In this document: piece by piece, positions 26,827-37,600 of the stretch
How the letters are laid out: each line of letters begins with the position of its first letter
How positions within the stretch are numbered: the first letter of the stretch is position 1
Source: Klebsormidium nitens
Lineage: Eukaryota; Plantae; Klebsormidiophyceae
Reading direction: 5' to 3'
NCBI GenBank assembly: GCA_000708835.1
Contig: DF237025.1
Span: forward strand, 93,667-157,666
DNA: 64,000 bases
The notes under the pieces: model-generated
The model's input: the letters and a program-made list of their open reading frames with translations, nothing else
The model's database searches: none
What the model was told of the DNA's origin: nothing
Made by a program: the position numbers and the translations under genes

Positions 26827-29011
26827 TGTTGCGGCGGGAACAAAAGTGAGCGCGGGTGCTGCCAACTGGCTCCCGAGAATCAGAGGCGGGAGAAAAGGGG
26901 CGGGGGCAACTGGTTTGAGCTGCCTAGCTCCAGCTGAGAGAAAGAGAGACACAGTACTGCCGGTGCCTAGTAGAGGGCGTATCGCGCACAGCTGACTCCA
27001 AGCTAGAGCAGTACTGGCGATCATTCGCAGACGAAGAGCTAGCTCAGGAATTGCTGATTGGAGCATGCAGGCGGACCGACGGAAGGAGGAAGATGATATC
27101 CCAAGCCAACACATGCATCGCCGGCATTCAAGACAGAAGGGTGCGACGCGGAAGCTTCATGATTAGAGCAAAGGGCATAAAGTCGCAGCTCAGATGCTTC
27201 GGATGCCTCGTCTTTACTCTTCGCTGCCTTCTTTGGCGGGCCAAGATCTAGGAAACTGTGGTCGGCATTGCACATGTGCCATTGGGCTTGCAGCCGTCTT
27301 CCTTACTGAAGACAAGCTGGACGTACCGATTCGACGTGTGTGCTGAGAAAGTTTGTGTCGTTTGACAAATGGACTTAAAAATTTCCCGGTTATCTCTCAA
27401 GTTGTTGACTCACGTCATTTTACTTGGCACTCGTTTAATACTTGCGGAAACTAGCATCAAACTACTCCCGACAAAAAAATGGAAGCTAAACGGGTGGTAT
27501 ATGCGCGTGGATCAAGCCATATTAAGTTATTAACCCACCAACTTTCAAGCAGCTCGCTTCGTTGTCGAAGCACTTGGGATGCGGCGACAAGAACTGCAAC
27601 CACGTGGAGGGAATCGAGGGAACCGAGGAGAAAGTAAAGATTAGGCAATGATGACGCCGCCGGAAGTTACGTCATTGATGGCGAGCACTTCCGAGCTTGC
27701 CCATATGCACACAGGCGGCCACACGGACTCCATATACACGTGCGGTAATTGTGTGGACATATGGCAGCTTGAAAGCAAAAGCTCCAAGATTCGTTGAAAG
27801 CCGTCCGATGAAAACCTCAGCGGTCACGATCAAGCCAAGAAACTACAAATCTTCGTAAAATCTGGAAGATTGTCAAGCTTTCTGTAGACTGTGACTGCAC
27901 GAGGGCTGCCACCTGCTGCCACGGATCGGGACTCGGGAGCACATTGAGGTTGCCTACGTTTTGACAAGGATGAGAACACGATGAGAACTACCGTAGATAG
28001 CCTGGGGCCCAGGCTGCTTCAGTATGTCGAAAGCATGTTACACTGCATGTGCCAGTGCCGAGCACTGAGGTCCCAAATGCATACGCTGCTGTACCTTAGT
28101 GCCGACGCAGAGCTTGCGATTGTAACCTACATGCGAATTTGAGTTGGCTTGGCCAACGCCTGTTGTGTTCTTGGTATTGTTGTTTCTATGTTGTAATTGC
28201 ATTGAATCACAAGTTCAGTCTGTCATCGACTGCGAGCATTCGAAGCGACTGCATGCGCACCTAATGATTAATTGTGGTAGACCCCGGCGGGCCCGCAATG
28301 GACAATGGCTATGCCGCGCTGGGCCCTGCATTCGCTCAGTGCAGCTCATTGAGCTAGTGACCCCTGTTTAATTGCTGCACCCGGATTGTCATACCGAATA
28401 CATCAACGGTATGTACGTTGTCGATCGGATGTACTGTAAAGTGCAATTTAAGAGAATATCGATTGAACGAAAAGCCCAGTGTTCTTGAAATGTATGATGG
28501 TACGGATAGTGACACGCGTACTTCTACACATTTTTCAAAAGAGTTGCTGCTTGTCGTCGATGTCGGATAAAGCTGCTATGTCGTCGTTTGACGGGCCCCA
28601 TATCAAAAAAATGGTTGGATGCAAACCAAAGCCATTTGCATGTCTTTGGTTGCCTTCATTGGAAAGGCCCCACTCACTACCATATTATCAGCGCTCCACT
28701 TGGTTTGCCTTCTACGTATTACAGCATGTAAGATGTGCTCGGAGGAATGTTCGGACACTTGCAATTGTATAGACCTTAAGAAAGGTCCAATCAAGAACGA
28801 GGGGCCCACTGAGGCGCTCATACCGCCTGTAGGACTTCCAATTAACATCCTCAAAATTTTCGAGTTTACAGCAAGGGAGAGCGCAAGTGCCATCTGGAAG
28901 CGACAGGTGCACTTCGGCCAGGTAGACCAGCTATGAAAAGCACCACTTCCCGAGCCGAAGAACACAATCACTGGCTTCGAGATTTCTGAACCACCTCGAT
29001 TAGCAAAGCTC

Positions 29012-30423
29012 CTAACCTGAGACGCGCCTAATGCCGTACTGGATCCGCTTTTCAACTTGTGGTAGACTCTTCAGTTGCTGATCGACGCATCTATTTACAC
29101 AGCTTTGCAAATCGCCTTGGAGTGCTGCCTTTCTGTCCGCTGACAGGTTGCCATCGGGTGGCACTTGCAGCTTTGCTTGGTCCTGACACTGATTTGCGCA
29201 TCTTTGCAAGCGGTTCTGCAGGCATCAACGAATTCATTTCGAAATCGTCTCAGGATAAGAGGAAGGGAATCAATCGTCGATGCTCTTGATCCAATTCGAA
29301 AGAAATCAGATACGCACTGAGTGCGAAGGAAGTCTGAGCAGTTGCAGAGGCCTTTCTCAGCGTGTGCTGACCAACTTTACAATCAAATCTATTTGCATTG
29401 ATTTGCGGAAGAGGCCACTGTCCTTCAAGAGAGAACCAACAGATCCGTTTTCCAAATTCCTTAACAAAATGACTTGGTCAGAACGGCGCATTTGACATCT
29501 AGGCTGTTGCAAAGAGAGTGAACTTCAACGCACAATCAACCACGACGTTCTGGATTTGACAGGGCGGTGGTCAACAAGGACTATATCCAAGGAGATCTGC
29601 CACTAATACAAAGTTTCACAACCAACTGCAGTCTGGAGAAATGGACTTCAGGAGCTAACCTGCAGCTCTGCTAGTTCCTGATTCACCACTTCCTCAATTC
29701 GTTGCATGCCATCTGTACAGGACGTCAGGCAGTTTTGCAGCTCAATCTGCCGTAAGGAGTCGTCCTTGCAGCAGTCTATGCAGCACTCAAAGGTCTTGAT
29801 CTGCAGGAAGACCAGAACTGCAATGGGAAAGGTGAAACTGCAGCCACTCTGTTTCAACACATTCGAAGGCAAGGCAATCACCCCAGAGAAGATCTGCAGA
29901 AAATCTGGTGAAACCATGCTGATCTCAATCGTGCTTCCATCCTGGCTTATTAGCAAAGTCAAACTCGACCAAGCAATCTGCCTGTGCGCTCAATCGAAAA
30001 CAAATATGTTTAAATGAGCCCTACAAGATGTGCGAGAAGAAAAGAGCTTCGTACCCATTGGTGGTATAAAATACCGCGATGCATACTGAGCCAGCACAAG
30101 CAGTTATCAAACCAATGGACCACCCTCATACCACCACTGCAGCAATGCAAGCGATCCAAGAATAGGATTCCTGAACTGGTTCTGCAACTTGAAGAAAGCG
30201 GGGCTCTCCGCACCACCAAAAGAGGCTTGATCTTTCATTCAACACAGCATTCAGAAAGTATGCATAACACGGTCGCTCTGCGCCAGCATGATGGCAATGC
30301 TGCTGAGAAAATGGTGCCGGATGTGACTGGGGAGGATGGTCAGAAGTGTTGCAAACTTCCACTCACCCTCTCCGGCCGAATGAACTGACGTTCGATCTTT
30401 TCAACCAGGTTTTCCACTCCGTC
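29012..30423 (-). CDS. FAM136A: FAM136A / DUF842 family twin-Cys helical protein; first exon not resolved
   Basis: Exons 30423-30367, 29800-29660, 29215-29012 are all phase 0: DGVENLVEKIERQFIRPER|IKTFECCIDCCKD..LQNCLTSC..VVNQELAELQ|NRLQRCANQCQD..LQSCVNRCVDQQLKSLP, matching the family Cys spacing. Confidence 0.82.
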
Positions 30424-31624
30424 CTGCAGATGTTGCATCCGCGCCGCTTCATCTCTACTCATTTTCCTAGCCAGCTAGTGAAAGCGCAATCAAGTTGCAC
30501 CACCTTTTTCAAAGCCCAGGAGCCGGCAAACGATCAAGCCGTGCTGCACCTAACTCATCAAAGCCCTAGCGCTATCCAACAAACTTGCAATGAAAAGTAC
30601 ATGAATGTCTACCGAGCTTCAGCCTAATAAGAAACGTAAGAAGTACGTCCAGACGGCAAAGCGAAGAAGCCAAAGAAAACCTTGGACCAGAGCTGGCGCA
30701 GGGCGCCACTCTTCTAAGTTCTGAAGTTGAGAGGAGAGGAGGGATAAGATCTTACTTTCCAGCTTTAGTTTCAATACCGTAATCGCAGATTTCTTGCAGC
30801 GGCCCTGCAGCAGGCCTGAGGCGGGCTTATTCACTCACGTCGATATGGCCGGTCAAGCTCAGTCGTTTTGAGAACCGGCATGAAACTTTCCATCCACCCT
30901 GTCGGTTGCCTTCGCGCAAGCTGCCACCCGGCAACAAAGCCGTTTGATTGTGTGCTTCACCTACTGATTTCAGAACGTCTTGCCGACGGTTGTGCGCGAG
31001 TGCCAATCCACGGTCAATTGGACGCTTGATGTGGACTCGACGGCCCATATTGCACCTGTAGCCTGTAGCCTAATAGGCCATAGAATGCTACAGTTTCTCG
31101 ATAGAGTATGGTACATACCTACCCAGCTCACCATGCTGAAGTCGTCAAGACACGCTAGGTATCTAGAGCCTATACTCGCTAGAACCCCTCTCAAATCATT
31201 GCAAGTCGGAGAAAGAGCTCAACTCTATAGCTGAGCTGCACATGCAAGGAACCCTATTGGCATAAGTCCTGACCTTCTTTGAGCTGAGCTGACCTGCCTG
31301 TGCATACTGAGCTGGGGTTTGAAACTTTCTCAAGTTTCTGTCGGGGGGAAAGTGGCTGGATGCTGGTGCAGGTTGGCAAGATGAACAATCAGAGTTCCAG
31401 CAAAGTCGCAGATCTCAATTAGAACTCCAATTTCCAACCTGCCTTCTGTGGACTAGGTATTTGCACAAAGGGTAGAAAAGCTAAAATTCTGGCCTAGCCG
31501 GCTGCTCAAGCTCTTCCGTATTGAGACCTTTGATTCTGCGGGCCGAATAATGCCTGCCTTTGAACATGTAAACGGCAGTTTCTTACTGGCCAGCTGATAG
31601 TCGCTCGTTCGTCTTGGTAACACC

Positions 31625-34600
31625 ATGTATCGCTCCTATGAAACGGCTGGCGCGAATGGTGCAAGCAGCACGACTGAAGAGGATGACGACTTGTACTCAG
31701 GGTATAACAACGCAAACGAGGACGAGGTGGTTTATGGGAACGTGAGTGGTGCAAATTCCCTCTCACTGCTATCAGAAACAATTGAACAGGCTGTCTGGGT
31801 GAGATCTATTATTACCCCAGGTAAGAGAATCTTGTTCGTGCTCAAGGGTATGTCACTTGAAGCACTACGCTGACATTTTCATTCCAATGTCAGGGTCTTC
31901 CCTTACTTATGAAGCTCTCAGTACTGATTACGCCTGGAATTCTGGCTGCTGTGCAGTATGCAGACTTTTCTGGAGAGGGGCCGAATGGTGCTTTTGAGGA
32001 GCTAGTCGTCGGCACATATGATGACCGAGGATCTCGAGGTAGTTCGCAGGTCAGCGCTCAAAGCATTCTGAGCTCACTGTCTCCCCCCCTTTTCCTTTTT
32101 TCCCCCCCTTTTTCCTCGCCAGTCTCGAGTTCACAGTGATATCAGGCAATCATACGGAGCTATCTAATGCAACTTTCCAATATCTCTTCAAAACACTGTG
32201 AGCTCTAACTTGCTGTCCAGGTATGGACCACCATTCAACCCCTGTGCTAACTCTTCTCATTCATGTGCACACGTTCCCAGGTTTTACCACACACAGTCTT
32301 CATCGCTGCTCATACCACCTCCAATTACCCCTCTCCCTTTTTCAGGGCATGGTCCCCCCTGGCAAGGCTGCCCGCACATCGACCGCCAGCACGCGAGGGG
32401 GGGGCAGCCTCAGACCCCTCGCCAGCTCTTCGGGGCGCCCCCCCGGGACAGCGATGCTGCGCGTCCCCATGACCGCTAGCAGGCCAATGACTGGCTCCGA
32501 CCCAAACGCGCGACCGATGACGTCGATGAAAGGGGCGGGATTCTCGTCGCAACCGCGGCCGAACAGCACGGGGCGGTTCGATCCGCTGAACCAGGCGGCG
32601 AAGGGCCCTGCGCCTGCGCTGCAGAAGAAGAGCGAGGCAAGCCCGGAAGAGCAGTGCCGGGAGATGGAGAGGAAGGTGAATCGGCTGCTGGAGGAGAGCG
32701 CGGAACTGAGTTTGGCGGTAAGTCGATTGGGAGGGCTCGTGCGATCTGGAGCGGAGATTTGTTTGGACGGGTGTTGGAAGGACGGGCCGTTCCCTTGATG
32801 TGGAAGTGGCGTGCTTCTTGCGCGTGTGCGGTTCTAGGACTGACTGAAAGTGTGCTTTTAGTTGGAGTTGGTGTGGTAATATCTCCACAAGTCAGGAGGA
32901 GAGTCTCAGAGTCAAGCTTTGCTTAATCTCATGATGGCACAAGCTAGGTAAGTTAGTTAGGGGACGGAGCAGAGTCAAGGGTAGGCAGTCAAAAAATGGG
33001 ACGTTGAGGAAGGTCCAGAAGGCCAGGAAGACTTTATCCCGAACACTGATGCCAGGAACCCCTTTCCTGCTTCTCACCACGTCAGGTTAAGTCCGCAATT
33101 TTACTGAAGCAGAGTACCCACTCTGCAGGGTGAGCCCGCTTGGTGAGGTAAAACTGAAGGGGGCTTGCTAATGATCAGACACTTATTCGGCTCCGCCAAG
33201 AGTCCATCTTTCAGTAACAGCCCTGACGAAGTTCCTTACCAGAAAAACACCAAGCTTTCCCGGATCCTCCACTTCAAAGGGACAACGGCGGGGCCTAGGA
33301 AGGATCAGGAGGCTGGAAACAGTTCAACCAGACACAGGTCCGGCTGTATTCACTTTTCATTCTCATATGCATGAGCCCTTTGCTAGATCCGAACTAAAGG
33401 CGATCAACGGGGCACTGAAGAAGGTCAAGCCGGCTGGAGGCGCTTCCCAACCACTGACCTCCTCGTCAACCCTGGCTGACCCCAACGATTCTCGGCTTAC
33501 CCCATCACCCCGGACTTTTCTTGGTGACCCCAACGGGGCTTTGGAGAAGGCCAAAGGCGGTTGAAAGCGCTTGCCAGCCACTGCCTACATCGGATGACCT
33601 TGACTAACCCTATTACATCCCGTGCTTTTAAGGCGACCACGACCGGGGTATTATTGGAGGCCAAGGAGGCCGGCACGTGCGAGCGGCCGCTGTGCAAGCG
33701 GCGGGAGCCAGGCGAATCTAGCGGACTAAACCCTGGCTAACCCCAACTTTCACAATCCGCTAACCCTGGTAAAAACCTCTTTTCTTTAGGCGACCACGAT
33801 GGGGCATTGGAGAAGACGAAGGAGGCCGGCAAGCGTGAGCGGCTGCTGTGCAAGCAGCGGGAACAGGCGAACCTAGCGGACTAAACCCTGGCTAACCCCT
33901 GGCTAACTCCTCTCTTTCTAGTGCGACCACGACGATTAATCCCAGCTGTTATTGGCTAACCCCGTTAAAACCCTCTCTTCTCAGGGCGACCACGACGGGG
34001 CGTTGGAGAAGGCTAAGGAGGCCGGCAAGCGCGAGCGGCTGCTGTGCAAGCAGCGGGAGCAGGCGAACCTAGCGGACCAGATCAATGGGGACCTGACGTT
34101 TGCGGTGTGCTTCAATCTGGCGCATCAATACCACCAGAACAAGCTGTACTCGGAGGCGCTCGACGCGTACACGCAGGTCGTCAAGAACAAGCAGGCAAGC
34201 GGCGGGGGAGAAGTGAAGACCGAGCAATCTTGAAACTTTACAGAGTCTGGTTGAAGTGACTGGATAGAAACGACGAGTGGGTGTCTCAGTCTCCTACTGC
34301 TTGTGTTGAAATCTCGCTCTGGACCGAGCGTCGAGCGCCAGGTGGCAGTCACGCTTTTCTTGTGCGTTGCTGGATGCTTCTCAAAATGAGGAATGAGTAT
34401 AGGCAGGAGGGAAAGAGAAGGCAGTGGGAAAGAGAAGCAGGGAAGAAAGGGTGTCTTCGAGATACGAAGATTGGATAATAGAGAGTCCGCTTGCTCGATG
34501 CAGACTCTTCCACATACACCCTGATGGTAATTTCTCAGTCCTTTTCCCACTTTCTTACGAGTATCCTTCCCCCTTTCGAGATGATCAAACGGCGTAACGC

Positions 34601-37600
34601 ACAGTTTCCGGTCGCTTGATGCAGACGTCTTCTTCTTACACTACTTGCACTAAATCCACATAAAAATATAAGAATGTCTCCGCCTTTTCCGTGTCCGATA
34701 CTCCTGCTCGAACAGTACCCCCAAGCGGGCCGGCTGCACGTGAACCTGGGCAACACCCACTGCAACCTTTCGCTCGCTCAGTAAATAGTTCATGTACATA
34801 GTGTCTCGGTTCTCTCCCGCTTTACTCACAACAATATCTCCCCCGCGCACTTCCGTCAGGCGGGCCGGCTGCGCGTGAACATGGGCAACATACATTGCAA
34901 GCGGCGCAAAGTGTTCAATAAAACCCCAAAATCGCAAAACTTCGAAAAGTTACCCCTTGTGATCCCCCCCGGTGCAGTTCCCTCAGGCAGGCCGGCTATT
35001 CGTAAACATGGGCAACGTCTACTGCGAGCAGCGCAAGGCCTTATAATAACGAATACATAATAGTTCTACAAACTTAACGCCTTGAACCTTGGAACCTCCC
35101 CCCCCCGGTGCAGTTCCCCCAGGCGGGCCGGCTGCGCGTGAACATGGGCAACATTTACTGCGAGCAGCGCAAGTACCCGCAGGCGATCAAGATGTACCGC
35201 ATGGCGCTGGACCAGCTGCCCGCCACGCAGAAGGAGACGCGCTACAAGATCATGCGCAACATCGGCGTCGCCTTCATGCGCCTCGGCCAGTACCAGGTGA
35301 CGTGTCCGTTCTCGTCGCTGACGACAGTCGGTCTCCTTGAGAACTCAAATTGAGTTTCTAGCACTTTACACGGTCCGGCATAACTTTGGGGTCACCTTCA
35401 TGCGCCTTCGGCACTACCAGGTGACGTTGCGGCGTCATCTGCTGACGGCTTCTGGTGTTGTATTGCAAGCAGAGCGGGGATTGACCGCTTGGGTTTCTAC
35501 TGATTGGAGCCACTTGTTCCTCGCTGCCTCTTAGAGCCTGACTAAAAGAGTGTGGCGAATTCTCGGAATTATGCCGGATTCCCCTTCCGGTCTGCAGGGA
35601 GTCCGCCGATGCCCTTTTGTCAAAAGCAACATCCCGAAATGGGTGTCAAGGTTGACGCATGAGGAAACGAGGCGTTACAAAAATTTGGAGGTCTGTTCTT
35701 GAACTTTGCGACGTTCACATACTTCAACCCCAACCGTCTCAGAACCCCATGAGGCTTACCTGTTCTAACGCCCCCCCAGAGACGAGCTTCGAAGCCCCTC
35801 GCAGGACGCGCTGCAGTCGTTCGAGGCGATCATGGACGGGAGCCCCGACTACCAGTCGGGGTTCAACCTGGTGCTGTGTTACTTTGCGCTGGGCGACCGC
35901 GAGAAGATGAAGCGGGCCTTCTCCCGACTGCTCGCCATCAAAAAGTACGAAGTCGACTCGGACGAAGAGCTGGACGCGGCCGCGGAGGCGGCACTCCCGG
36001 TGAGGGTTTGGAGAGGGCGGGTTGAGGCGCTAACCGTGATCAGGAAGGCTGCAGTTGACACATAGTAATGATCTGTATATTCTTTCTGGAAAGAAGATTC
36101 CGACAGATAGGCAAGCTTGTACTTTGACTTTGACGAAGAGCTGGACGTGACCATTGGTGAGCAATGCGGTCGTCAGCGCTTGAATCGAGTTTGCGCGTTG
36201 ACAAACTTGGTAAGCGAGCTCGTTCTCATTACGTCTGCAGATATGTTGACGAGCTCGTGAGGAACGCTTGTGAGTCGCGCGATCGATCTATTCACGATGA
36301 TGTGGCCGGCCGAAGTCACTTGTTACAATCAGGCTTCCAACTTGGGGTTTATAATACTTCTTATTCATCCGCTTCCTACTTTTCCAGATGTTTCATTATT
36401 ATTATTTTTGGGTTTTGCCCTGCTTTCCGCTCTTTCGATGTAGATTCCTCTTCAGGAATAATCGCGATGCTGTTTTTTTCCAAAACCCCAGGATGTGAAT
36501 TGCCCAGATGCTAAACGACGGCCGCCTTTCTCACCCCCGTCCATTTCTGCTCCCAGAGCGACGGCCTCAAGGAAGAGCTCCTCGCGCGCCAGAAGCGCGC
36601 GCACCGCGCGCTGCTGACGTCAGCCCAGCTCATCGCCCCCGTGATCGGCGACACGCTCGCGGAGGGCTTCCAGTGGGCGACCGACGCGGTGCGCGCGAGC
36701 GGGCGGGGCGTGCTCGCGCAAGAACTAGGTATGGCTTACCAATGAGGCGGTCTGCACCCACAATTGCATGCGATACCAAAACTGGTATCCAGGTTTTCTT
36801 CCTGAGACTTGAACTCGGACTTGGCTTTCAGAATGACGCGACCCCCTCTTACACTCTCCTCTTACACTTTTTCCGCCTGATCAGAACGAGCTCTAACACT
36901 TTTGATCGGAGCTCCAGTTGTGACCGTGCTGTTGATACCTGATGGAATGGTCTTTTAAAGTTGCTCATATCAGCGTCTACACGACTGTGCATCTTAAGTA
37001 GGGTGTCCGAATTTGACAGAGGTCACATTCAAACGCTTATCAACCCACATCCGGCTGGCAATTTTACGAGAATCTTCGCACCATACAACCACAGACGGAC
37101 GCAAACGTCTTAAGGCTTGCTAAGTACAACGCACATCCGGAACATGCCGACGACTCTACTCTCCTTCGAACCTGATACCATTTATGATTTTTTTGGGCGA
37201 TCGTTTCCCATTTTCCTTCAGACATGGCCCGCGCGGTGCAGCACCTGCAGCGGCGCGATTTCGGCGCGGCCATCGGCGTACTGAAAGACTTCGAGCGGAA
37301 GGAGCCCGCGCTGCGCGCGCGCGCCGCGCTCACGCTGAGCGCGCTCTACTTCTGGGAGGGCGACCTCGCGGCCGCGGACAAGTACGCGGAGATGGCCGTC
37401 AAAGTGGAGCGCTACAACGCGCGCGCGCTCGTCAATAAGGGGAACTGCCTGTATGTGAAGGTGAGGGGAGGCGGACGGGGATTTGCATCCTTTCCTTACG
37501 TTGGGAATGGATTGCACCGAGATCGAGGCTGTTTTGGTGAAGGGCACCTTTTGTATTGCGGGACGTATGCACGCCGAGGCATACGAACTTAGGTAAACTG

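Noticed and set aside
26827-27114. 96-aa N-terminal extension of AMT2 copy 2 from ATG 27114
   Set aside because: No counterpart in copy 1 or in AMT2 proteins. A strong acceptor-like tract (tctctctttctctcag, ~26934) suggests a 5'UTR intron.
28603-29055. 150-aa and 105-aa ORFs downstream of FAM136A
   Set aside because: No motifs or splice support; they overlap the FAM136A 3' end/UTR.
33283-33984. Echo arrays as CRISPR-like repeat-spacer arrays or TE satellites
   Set aside because: The repeats are copies of the adjacent host exon and splice site, vary in length, are not palindromic and have no cas or TE context.
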